Source of the DNA: the human T2T-CHM13v2.0 reference genome, Homo sapiens
Assembly (NCBI RefSeq): GCF_009914755.1
Contig: NC_060937.1
Reading direction: 5' to 3' (one strand)
Length of the DNA: 64,000 nt
The notes under the pieces were generated by a model. That model was not told the origin of the DNA and ran no database searches. It saw only the letters and a list, made by a program, of their open reading frames with translations. The first letter of the stretch is position 1; each line of letters starts with the position of its first letter. Both the position numbers and the translations under genes were made by a program. Positions 46,037-57,657 of this stretch are shown here, one piece after another.

Positions 46037-46134
46037 CTACAATCAATTAAGCCACATGGGACCTGGTGTGCAAGGGCTGCAAACAGCAACATCCTAGGTA
46101 GTGTACAGCAGCCTGTTCCTTGTGTACAACAGCC
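46037..46134 (+). ncRNA. SNORA70: SNORA70 (U70 H/ACA snoRNA) retrocopy, internally deleted, probably non-functional
   Basis: caattaagcc...atgggacctggtgtgcaagggctgcaaacagcaacatcctaggtagtgtacagcagcctgtt matches the recalled U70 sequence; H box ACAGCA at 46083-46088 and ACA at 46129-46131. Confidence 0.85.
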
Positions 46135-46183
46135 TTTGCCATTGGACATTTAGGTCTTGGATCTAGTGCTTTCCCTAGTCTAG

Positions 46184-46547
46184 GTTTAAGACTGGATGTA
46201 GTATGCCTTTGGAAAGCCTCAGGACCCAGAGGTCAGAGTTCACGTTGGCCATGTTCATCCATACCAAGCTGCAAACCCTGGAGCATGTGATTGAGGCCTT
46301 ATTTAGGGCCAAATTCAAGTTCAGTGAATGCCCAAAAAGCCACATCTCAAAGAAGTGCGATTTTACTAAGTTTAATGCATATACATTTTAAGACTTGGTG
46401 GCTGAGAAACAACTCATCCTGGATGGCTGTGGGGCCAAATATAGCCCTGGAATCATGGGCCCCTGGACAAGCAGCTAGCCCTGCATTAGAAAAGAGCTGC
46501 CCCCTCTTTACACATGCCCACCAGTGAATTTTATTTCCTGTACATCT
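46184..46547 (+). pseudogene. RPL10: RPL10 (uL16) retropseudogene: last two exons and 3'UTR
   Basis: ORF 46203..46391 contains [41 protein letters not shown] versus RPL10 [41 protein letters not shown]. Frameshift, premature TAA at 46389-46391, then DLVAEKQLILDGCG and the RPL10 3'UTR (gctgccccctctt). Confidence 0.93.
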
Positions 46548-46552
46548 AATAA

Positions 46553-46553
<1 letters not shown>

Positions 46554-46583
<30 letters not shown>

Positions 46584-46591
46584 ATCTATCT
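46554..46591. repeat. (TCTA)n tetranucleotide microsatellite at the retrocopy tail
   Basis: Read directly from the sequence; one interruption. Confidence 0.9.
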
Positions 46592-48529
46592 AAATAATTC
46601 AATAATATGAAGTAGATTAAAAAAACAAACACAACTTGATGTCTAACTACTGTGGATATATTTTGTCAGTTATTAACATTCCCCTTTCAGGTTAATATCA
46701 AGTCAACAAAAATTTGGAGTTCTCTTGACCCTTTCCCCAATGTGTAAATTAGTAATATAATGTCAATATTCAGACAGGCAAATAAACTAAGCTCCCTTTG
46801 ATGAAAACGACAAGCAGTAACGATTCCCTGCTGAGAGTCATCTTAGTTTGTGAAATCATAATCTGGAATGGCTATATCTGCAAAATACATTAAAAGAAAG
46901 AAAATATGAAAAACATAATCTACAATACTTTTATGTATATCTAATCATTTTATATTTCTTTTTTATTATACTACTTGAAATACATACATAAAGGATAAAG
47001 AGTTTCAACAAATCTCAAAAAGGAAACCTAATTATGTATAATAATCTGACTGATTTTGTTTGCTCACCAAATTGAAATTGAAAAGAAAAAATACAGCACT
47101 CTATAAAAAAACAAAATGATTTCAAAATATAATTATTGTCTCCCTTTGAAAATATAAATGTTTAAATAATGGTGAAATAGAGAACATAAACATTCACAAA
47201 TATTACATATCCATTCAACATTTTCAGGTATTATTTTGTTTTGTTCAAACCTCCCCTTCTGTCATTTTTCTCTCCTTTCTTTATCTTTAGCATAACTGAG
47301 CTGCTTTCCAAACATCTATAGTTATACCGGACATAGCATTTTCCAACATCAAACATGGTTTTTCTTAAACACCAGCTCCAAATATTAATTCCCAGGGAAA
47401 ATGACATTTTCCATATATGAGAAATATTGGAACCAATATAACAAAACTCATTAACATTGATAACATTTGAAAATAATTTCACAAAAGTTTTATTTAAAAA
47501 AATTATATTGTAAATTTATGAAAGAAATTCTCTATCCATTATATGACTTGTATAACATCCACAGTATACTAAGAAAATATTTTTAAAATATAGGATAAGG
47601 TGTCTAAATAATAAATTTTTAAGACTGCTTAGAGCCACTATTAAAAATCTGAGAATAAGGCATGAATATTTTTTGATCTATAGAGATTATATATCAGCAT
47701 GCTGGCATTGGCTTTTATTATAGAATAAGCATTTTAATCTTCATTAACTTTCATCAATTCACTATAGAAAGCAGCTTAAAAAAAAAAGACCATCACTTTT
47801 AGAAAACAGTTAATATTTCGATGGTTTACCTGGAAGTTTACTGGGCATAAATTTATAAAATACATTTATGGATGGAAATAAACTGTTTTACTAAACAATA
47901 TTACAGAATTCTGAATGGATGCTGATTAAGCAGCAAATAAACAAAACTGTTTATTTACCAGTTTGGTGGCTGTTATGCTAATTAGATCATCTGTTTAAAA
48001 TGTGTCCATATGGACAATTTTTCTGTAAATGTTTTCTTTATCTCCACATTGTGTGGTAGTATTTTCATAGAACCAACTAGAAATTAACTTAAAAATTAGT
48101 TATTTAAAGATGACAATAGAAGGTTTTGAACTTTGAGTTCCAAAAGGCAAGCAAATATTTCTGAAATAAAATATATTATATATATTTAATTTCTAATTTA
48201 ATTTACATATAAAATATTTTTAAAATTCATATGAATTTGAGATATTTTCACATTGATTGGACTGTTTTTGTACCTCATTTTGCTTGGTCACACTAAAGTG
48301 AGATTCATCATCTTGTGGCACCAAAGGAAAACTAGTGTGATTATAAGGAAATTATTATAGTTAGACAACTGTGCATTAATTTCATCATTAAGGACCAAAC
48401 ATGTATACAGATATAAATACTTTTCTTAATACATTACTTGCAACATATGCACAATTATGTAACAATGATGGTGAACTAAGTCTCCTAGAAATTTCCAAAA
48501 TAATTTTTTTGCCTTTTTTTAACCTCTAA

Positions 48530-49815
48530 ATCCATATAAATCAAGGGAAAATATTCTTGCACATATGTATATTTAAACATGAACCTAGCCAAAAGTAAGA
48601 GAAATTTAAAAAAGTATAACATATCAAAATGTGGAAATTTCTGTGTTTAGGGAAAAATCTATCCCATTAAGAGCTTGCATTAGAAAAGAAAAATTACCTT
48701 GAAATTATGATGAAAGCTTCCCACTTGTTATTATAAAAATGAGAACAAATTAATTCTGAAGCAATCAGAAAGAAGAAAATAATAAAGGTTAATGAAGAAA
48801 TAAACAACATTAAACAGAGAAAAATTATATAGCTAAGTAAATTAAACTAAATTTAGATCTTTGAAGGATCAATAAAATTGTTAAATCTCTGTCCAGACTA
48901 AGGAGAAAATAATAGGAAATAAATAATTGACAAATTTTAAGAATGATAGAAGTGGCTGGGGGTGGTGGCTCATGCCTGTAATGCCAGCACTTTGGGAGGC
49001 CGAGGCAGGCGGATCGTTTGAGGTCAGGAGTTCCAGACCAGCCTGGCCAACATAGTGAAACCCTGTCTCTACTAAAAATACAAAAATTAGCAGAGCGTGA
49101 TGGCGCATGCTTGTATTCCCAGCTACTCGGGAGGCTGAGGCACAAGAATTGCTTGAAGCTGAGAGGTGGAATTTGCAGTGAGTAGAGATCAGGCCACTGC
49201 ACTCAAGCCCCGGCGACAGAACGGGACTCTGTCTCAAAACAAATAAACAAAAAAAAAAGAATGATAGAAGTAACATTTCCATTGTCCTACAACAGTTTAA
49301 GGATAACTAAATGAATACCATGATGAAATTTATAAATGTAAATTAGTTAATTTAGATTAAGTGTATAAATCCCTCAAAAGATACAAACGACTAAGGCAAG
49401 CTCAAAAAGAAAGCAATAACATGAACATCCCTATATATATGTTTTAAATTTATTAATACCCACCTAGATAAATGAACTGACAAATTTTACTAATATTTAA
49501 GGAGATATAATTTATACTTTACACAAAAGTTTAAGAAATAAAAAAGAGGAAACACTTTTCAACATGTTTTATGAGTCTACCATTATCCCCATACCAAAAC
49601 CATAAAAAAGACATTACAAGAAAATGTCCTGTAGACAAATATGTATTTAGATGATGAATTTAAATTTCAAAAACTTCAGCAAAATATTATCCAATTAAAT
49701 CCTCTCATGTCTGTGTGTGTATGTGTGTGCATGCACGTGTGTTTGTAAAATATATCATTACTAATTGGCGTTTATCTTGGGAGTTCAAGATGGTTTCCAT
49801 ATTCAATCTACCCAT
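48530..49815 (+). mobile_element. Ancient L1M ORF2 fragment
   Basis: Degenerate ORF2 motifs (tttgaaggatcaataaaattgttaaatctct, gaggaaacacttttcaacatgttttatgag). Confidence 0.65.
48954..49256 (+). mobile_element. AluS element
   Basis: Perfect 15-bp TSD aagaatgatagaagt (48939-48953 and 49257-49271). Confidence 0.95.
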
Positions 49816-50129
49816 CAATGTGGACTATGGTCACTTGAAAAGACCAGCAAATCCTCTATACAAAAGGCCACTAGAAATTCATTAAAACAGCCTTCCATCA
49901 CTCTTGAAATTGACCAAAGCATTCAACTACCTGAGAAATATTTATGTTTGGAAAGCTATTGAAATGCAATTAAAAATATCAGGAAACCTGTTTTTACCTT
50001 TTGTCCTAATCTTGCTAAATCCTTCTTAATTTTATGAGACACTGCTTCTCCTTCCACTGTTCTTTTACTTTCTCCTTCCCCTTTGTTTTTGCCTCCCCAT
50101 TCCTCTCCCTTTTCTACATTCCTTCTCTC

Positions 50130-50812
50130 TCCTAAATGCTGTATAAATTTCTACATATATAATCATATTATTTACAAATAGGAACAGTTTTACTTATTTC
50201 TTTCCAGTCTGCATTTATTTTATTCTTCCTTTTTTTCCTTATGCACTGGATAGAACTCTAAGTATTATGTTGAAAAAGAGTGATAAAAGCAAACATCTTT
50301 GCTTTATTCCTGAGCATACATGTGGAAAACATTCAGTGTTTCACAGCTAAATATGATGGATTTTTTGTATGCTCTTTATCAAGATGAAGGAATTTTCTGC
50401 TATTTCTGGTTTGCTGAATTTTTATCACAAGTAACTGTTGAATAGTGTCTTTTTCCCCTGCATTTATTGAAATGATCATGCATTTTCCTATTTTAGAATA
50501 TTAATATGATGAATTATATTATTAGATTTTTTAAAATATTGCAACTGTCTTGCATTTCTGGAATAAACATGGCTTGGTCATGTGTCACTTTTTTACATAG
50601 TGTCATATTCAAGTTGTTGAGGATTTTGCATCTAGGGTATATTTGTAGATCTGCATCTAGGTTATGTTGGTCTAAAGTTTTGTTTGTTTGTTTGTTTTCC
50701 TTTTCTTTTTTTTATCATCTTTGTCTTCTGTTTAAGTGTCATGCTTGCTTCATAAAATGAATTGAGAAGCATTTCTTCCTCTTCTGTTTCTCGAAAATTG
50801 TAGAGAACTCTT
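50130..50812 (-). mobile_element. Ancient L1M ORF2 (RT) fragment
   Basis: ORF 50662..50898 contains LYNFRETEEEEMLLNSFYEASMTL, an L1 RT motif. Confidence 0.75.
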
Positions 50813-52220
50813 GTTTTTTGTTGTTGTTTGTTTGTTGTTTTGTTTTTTCTTATTTTTATCCTCATACTGAGAACCAAACAGTCTGGAGTGTAAAACATGG
50901 TTCCTCATTCCAGTTAAATCTAGTACACAATGACAACAACCATCTTGGGTTAAGCATTGGCCTACAAACAGAAAAAAACCTTCAGGGAGATAGATGCTGA
51001 TCTAGGCATTGTGAGAAAAGCTGAATTCATTTTTAATCATGAATGGCTTTTACGGAAAGAAGATTTATTAACTAAAATAAATAGATTAGAGGGAATTCTC
51101 ATCTATGAGAGAGGAAGGGATGGGATTCAACCTGGAAAAAATGATGAAGTTTTAGTGAACTTGGTAAGGTAGACTCAACAATTAATGATGGATAATGCTA
51201 AGACCCAACACTGGTAATGAGCTTGTATTATGACTGAATAGCATCACTTTATCACTTTAACGCAGATGGAGGCCTAAATAACCATAGGGCAATGGTTCTT
51301 CTTAGATGCAGAAGGACACATTTATATAATCTTAGGGACCCCATCTCTGAGGTCACTCATAATTTATATTAATTCATTGTTATTGCCATTGCCCCAAGAA
51401 TAGATAAGGCTAAGACATCCCATAGTACAGGTAGCAGAGATATAAACTATTCTTATTCTTGTGTCTTGTCTATAGGAAGGGAGTGTATCCTGGTGTATGA
51501 CAGCATATAGTAGAGACCACTGTCAATTAGGGCCTGTGAACTGAGACAGGGTGACTGGCTAAGTCCACAACCCATTAGAAACCCAGAAATAATCAAATCA
51601 TGGTGAGTAGTAATAACACTTATTTATAATACTATACGGTATAAAGACAAGAACCAATTATGTTGAGTAGCTGTAACAAATAGCTCTATCATTCATAATA
51701 ACTTTTTCTGTAATAAAACTGAATTGTAACATGATCATACTGCAATATGACATTACACTAGCATTGTTGGTAAGATTCAACTATCTTATGTAGAGAAGTT
51801 ATATAATGCTTATATTGATAATCAAATGTATTAGATATTGAGTTAAAGCCTCTTCAGAATGTAATCTGGGTGAATAATAAATGGCCTGAGAAAACAGAAT
51901 TTAGCTAACCATTATCTAATTTCAATGCTAAATAGTTCTGCACAGATTTATCAAAAAGTAAAAATAAAAGCAGATTGAGAGGAAGAATGAGTAATTTCAT
52001 TTGTACAAAATATTAAAGTGTATGTAATGGCCTTGTAGGATGCATTAGTAATTTTTAAAAATCAATCTTTACCCTACACTGTGTCCATAAAATGCTAGGC
52101 ATATTCATGTTAATATTACTGTTGTTACTGTCATATAAATGCCATATTCAATGTAGATGCTCAGAAAAATATGATTGTTTTGCTACAGGAGAGATTAGAC
52201 CAGGGACAATAAATATGGAT

Positions 52221-52884
52221 TAGGCAAGAATGTGTTAACTCAGCAGGCCAGGGTTTCTTCAACCCTGCACATTCAAAGGTAAGGTTTGTTTTTAGGACTA
52301 GCTAGCCTCTGAGTTCTGGAAATAGTCTTACCGTGAAGAGTGTTTTTGTATATCTGAGGCCTTGGGTTTATGGTGAACGACTGACTTTATATGCCTGAGG
52401 CCCTGAGCCATGCTGTATTTATTTGAACCATGTGGTATCAATTTAACCAGATAACGTTTATTCTAAGATATGATTTATGCTGAATGCCTGGTTTTGTTCT
52501 AGAGGGATCATGGAAAGGAAGCTGAATTTGCCGAGTTTTGCCACGTGGGCATTGCATGCCTATGTGATTAACCACCAATAAAAACCTGGGACATCAAATA
52601 ATAAATAAGCTGCTCTAATTGCCAAGAATTCACATGTGGTTGTATGCAGCATTACTGGGAGATTGAAGTGTATCTGCATGTGATTCTACTGTGATGGACA
52701 CTTGTAAGTTTGTGCCTGGAGTCTCCTGGACTTTGCCCTGAGAATCTTTTTCCTTTGTTGATATGACTCTGCATCCTTTTGTTTTAATAAACTGTAAACA
52801 TGAGTATAATTGCTTCTCTGAGTTCTGAGAGTTTTTTAAATAAATAATCAAAGCTGAAGAGCAATGGAAACCCCCACCAAAACA
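52221..52884 (+). mobile_element. ERVL-type solo LTR (MER21/MER68/MER77-related group)
   Basis: gtgttaactcagcaggcc start, ccaccaataaaaacctggg, gagtataattgcttctctgagttctg, ending aaacccccaccaaaaca. Confidence 0.7.
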
Positions 52885-52899
52885 TCTTTAAACATTTCA

Positions 52900-54240
52900 A
52901 TTTTGTATTGAAGTAAATTTTATTTTCTTTTTTATACCTCCCATATATATTCTATTTTTCCATTATTTATTTTATCCAAAATCTTTTATCTGTGATCATT
53001 TTCCTTTGAAATTTGTCTTTTGAGATTTCTTTAGAAGGTGCTTTTGGATGATAAATTTTCTGTTATTCTTTGTCTAAAATGTCATTATTTTGACTCATTT
53101 ATAAAAGGAGTTTTTGTGTTTCATAAACCTCTAATGTATAGAAGTGTGTCTAAACTCATTGAGGATATTTTCCAAATTTTTTCCTACTTTTTATTGCTGT
53201 TGATAAGAAGTCAGTGTTGGTATTTTGACATTTAAGTTATGTGTCATTTTGTTGTGGTAGTTCTGAAGATCTTCCCTCTGTTTTATATTCTCCTTCACCT
53301 TTCATAAATGTACTTTATATTTATTTGTTAATAAATTTTGAACATATACTATGCTATAAAGATAATCTAGGCCCTTTGGTTACGTCTTGTAAATAAAATC
53401 AACAAAATCTGTTTTGAGATTATATTGTAATATAAGATACCCAAAGTAAATAGGATGTGTACCATATGTTTGAAGGTGGTAAATACGATGAGAAAAATAG
53501 ATCAGGTCAGGAAGAATGAAGATGATTGAAGGTACGGTTATGATAAAAACTTAGGTGTGCCGAGGAATGAATTCATCTTATGTATCTTGAGTGTAATGTC
53601 TTATTTCTCCTGAATCTGAGAATTTGATGTCTTTCATTAGGGATGTCAGTAAATCTCACTAATGAATATATTAGACTCCAGTTTAATATATGATAGTCAT
53701 TTTCATTCTGTCTTTCATATCACTGAATCCTTTCTCTTTATTGTTCATTTTTATACATCTCTTAATAGTCACAGTGAATTTAACTATGTTTTACGTTATG
53801 TGGTTATTCTCACTTTAGCTATCTCTAATATATCATGAATGTGTCAGTTGTGTGTTTACTATTGTTTGAATTAAACTTTTAAATCATTCGTTTTAATTCT
53901 TACTTAATTCAAACTTGTTTGTTATACATTCTTATAATTCCAGTATCTGGAGTTTTTCTTCATGTGATTCTTTTATCTCCCTGTTTTCCTCCTATATTCT
54001 TTTCATGCACCATCTTTCTCTGTGTGTTTTGTTTTGTTTTACTGTCAATTCCTAACTAATGGAAGTATATTTATGCAAATAATTTTAGGATAGAATTTAA
54101 ATAGGGTTCCCAAAAGGATTATATAAATTTTTTTGTACCAAGGGCCCAGGGTTATAAACAGAATGAGATCACTTTAAATTTCTGTCTTGAGGATTTTCAA
54201 GTTACACAGGTCGTATTAGTGAGAACCCCAGAAAAGGGCA
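52900..54240 (-). mobile_element. Ancient L1M/HAL1 and L2 fragments
   Basis: Degenerate antisense ORF1-like T-rich sequence (ttgctgttgataagaagtcag) with an L2-like piece at about 53320-53550. Confidence 0.4.
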
Positions 54241-54242
54241 TT

Positions 54243-54464
54243 CTTTTTTTTTTTATATTTCACTTTACGTCCTGGAATACATGTGCAGAACGTACAGGTT
54301 TGTTAAATAGGTATACATGTGCCGTGGTTGTTTGCTGCACCTATCAACCCGTCATCTAGGTTTTAAGCCCCACTTGCAGGTATTTGTCTTAATGCTCTCC
54401 CTCCCCTTGCCCTCCACCCCCAACAGTTCCCGGTGTGTAATGTTCCTCTCCCCGTGTCCATGTG
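54243..54464 (-). mobile_element. L1PA8-type 3' end with poly(A)
   Basis: Diagnostic gtcatctaggttttaagcccc segment; poly(T) at the left. Confidence 0.85.
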
Positions 54465-55046
54465 CAGAACCTGCAGTTTTGTTACATAGGTATACATGTG
54501 CCATGGTGGTTTGCTTCACCCTTCAACTCGTCACCTACATTAGGTATTTCTCCTAATGTTATCCTTCCCCTAGGCCCCCACCCCCTACAGCCCCTCCCTG
54601 ATGATCCCCTCCCTGTGACCATGTGTTCTCATTGTTCAACTCCCACTTATGAAAACATGTGGTGTTTGGTTTTCTGTTCCTGTGTTAGTCTGCTGAGAGT
54701 GATGGCTTCCAGCTTCATCCATGTCCCTGCAAAGGACACAGACTCGTCCTTTTTTATGGCTGCATAGTATTCCATGGTGTATATGTGCCACATTTTCCTT
54801 ATCCAGTCTATCATTGATGGACATTTGGGTTGGTTCCAAGTCTTTGCTATTGTAAATAGTGCTGCAATAAACATACGTGTGCCTGTGTCTTTAGAGTAGA
54901 ATAATTTATAATCCTTTGAGTATATACCCAGTAATAAGATTGCTGGCTCAAATGGTATTTCTAGTTCTAGATCCTTGAGGAATCACCATACTGTCTTCCA
55001 CAATGGTTGAACTAATTTACACTCCCACCAATAGTGTAAGAGTGTT
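54459..55046 (-). mobile_element. L1PA7/8-era ORF2 C-terminus and 3'UTR lacking its own tail
   Basis: ORF 54647..54874 MFIAALFTIAKTWNQPKCPSMIDWIRKMWHIYTMEYYAAIKK is the ORF2p C-terminus; the 3'UTR reads gtcacctacattaggtatttctcc. Confidence 0.9.
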
Positions 55047-55340
55047 CTCTTACTACACTTCCAATTTGGCTGGACTTTGAGCTTTGTCTCTGGTCCCCTG
55101 CTTTTTACAGTCCCAAGAAACATGGCCTCATCCTTATCAGGACCAGAGAATGCTCTCAAGGTAAAACCTTAATTTTCATAAAATTGTTGTCTTCTTGCCT
55201 GATCATTGTGACACTAAAGCAAGATTTTTTTAATGTTTCATCCAACTTTTAAGAATTATTTTAGTGGTAGGACTGAGCCAGGTTTCTAATCCACACTACT
55301 GCAGATAAAAAAATGACAAAAGGTAACTTTCAAAAATAGA

Positions 55341-55703
<363 letters not shown>

Positions 55704-57310
55704 TTAGCATTTGAACTTTAAAGTTGTTAGCATAAGGAGCAATGAAAACTAAATTTCCCCTGGGAGTTACTCATTTTTCTGGGTTACAAATGAATGCCAT
55801 ATTATTTTTTGATGTTTAATGTAAAATATTATTGACTGTAATAATCCAATATGATCTAGGATATTCAGTCTTACACAACATAGGGATACAGTATAGGTTG
55901 ATGTACATCCGAAATTATAACACACTTTGTTCAAACACAATGCATATTACATTTTCCTGTAGCTCAAATCTGTGTTATCTGTATTATTAAGAGATATAAA
56001 GAGAGGATTCAAAATAATAGCTGAAGAATTCTCACTAATTTTATGAATCTAGTAGATCAAAATGTTACTCTAACATTAATAATTTCATAATACAGACTGT
56101 GAGGCTTATATAAATCTGTTTCAAAAAATGTATAGCATTCTTTAGCTTTCATGTTGTAAGACATTCAGAATATAATCCAAAATAAAGTTGTAATAAATTA
56201 TCACATTTTAATGAGTATTTTAACATAAAATGTGAGCTTGGGATTATTATAAATCCAAAGACACATAAACTCAGTTTCTAAAAGATATGATTGAGGGGAA
56301 ATCATGATTTATTATATCTTCATTTTATCAAGAAAAGACACAGTTATTATTTATAATAAAAATGATTACAATGCACACATACTCTTTTGTGAGTTGCCAC
56401 AGAATTTTCTATTACCGAAACCTGTCAAGTTCAACCCATGTCTAGAATATGTGTAAATAAAGGTTGATCTGTGATATTAGATATTATCAAATAAAAAATA
56501 TTCTTATTGAAAAAAATGTGATTCCTTATGACAACTTCAGGGCATCTTCTATTTGCCCCCTGTTATCAACAGGGGAAATTTTCTTTCCTACATTTCTCAC
56601 TAATCATTTCTGACAAGTAGTTGGCAAGCTTAACTATAAAGGGTTGTCCATAGGGTTCTAGGTCAATCTTACCCTTTGGAAAGAAAGTACACATGATGTC
56701 TATGAATAAATGCCCTCCAACAAAGGAAAAGGACAATGCTTTACATAGTGTGTGCATAATCATTTTTCAACATAATTAGCTTACCTATTTGTGACATGAT
56801 TTTACTGTCATTGCAGGTGTTTGACATGACCCACTTTTTTCTTTGTGCCAAGAAATACAATGGATTTGTATTACGTTAATACTTTAGATCATCTATAATA
56901 TGAGTCAGGTTTGGTTAAAAAATATATAAAAATAAAAATCTCAGTTCTATTCGAAATACTAATGAAAGTATCTTACCAAAGTAAGACATTAGCAATGCAT
57001 TTTCTGTTACTTGATATTTTGTGTGTTTGCTCATTTCAACAAGGGAAAGAGAATTAGAAAATTGGAAGAAAAATATTTAAGTAAGTCTTGTAAAATTAAT
57101 ATATATATTAAATATCATGAAGTGTAGAAACAGAGTTAACATTTAAAATGTTTATAACTAATATGTAAATTTAATTGAAAGCCAACTGATTGCTCTGAAT
57201 TTTTATGAGGAATAATCGCAATTGTACAGAAAATAACTGACACCAAAAGTATCTACATTTTCACATTTAAATGCAAGTGACTTTTTGTTCATTCATTCAA
57301 AAATTATGGA

Positions 57311-57657
57311 TTATTATACTTTAGCTTAAACGTTTGTCTCCCCTCTAAAAGCCATTTTGAAACTTAATCCTCAATGCAATAGTATTAAGAAGTCAGGCCT
57401 TTAGGAGTAATTAGGCCATGAGGACTCTGTACTCATAGATGGGATTAGTGCATTACAAAAGGGCTGAAGGGAACTAGCTATTGTAAGGACACAGCATTCA
57501 AGTTACCATTTTAGAAGCAGAAACTGGGACCTCACTTGGTGCCAAAACTGCCAGAACCATGGTTTTGAACTTTTCAGCCTCCTGGACTGTGAGAAACAAG
57601 TTTCTGTTCTTATCAGTCTCAGCTATTTTGTTACAGAAGCACAAGCGAACTGAGACC
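57311..57657 (+). mobile_element. MSTD/MLT1A-like solo LTR
   Basis: gaaacttaatcctcaatgcaatagtatt...cagcctcctggactgtgagaaacaagtttctgttc. Confidence 0.75.

Noticed and set aside
46203-46391. RPL10-like ORF as a functional CDS
   Set aside because: About the first half of the protein is missing, the ATG is out of frame with the RPL10 sequence it overlaps, and there is a premature stop.
48223-48238. 16-bp palindrome aaattcatatgaattt
   Set aside because: Plausible by chance in very AT-rich sequence.
48530-50812. Inverted duplication of one L1M (overlapping RT region on both strands)
   Set aside because: The two copies look too diverged from each other and are better explained as independent old insertions.
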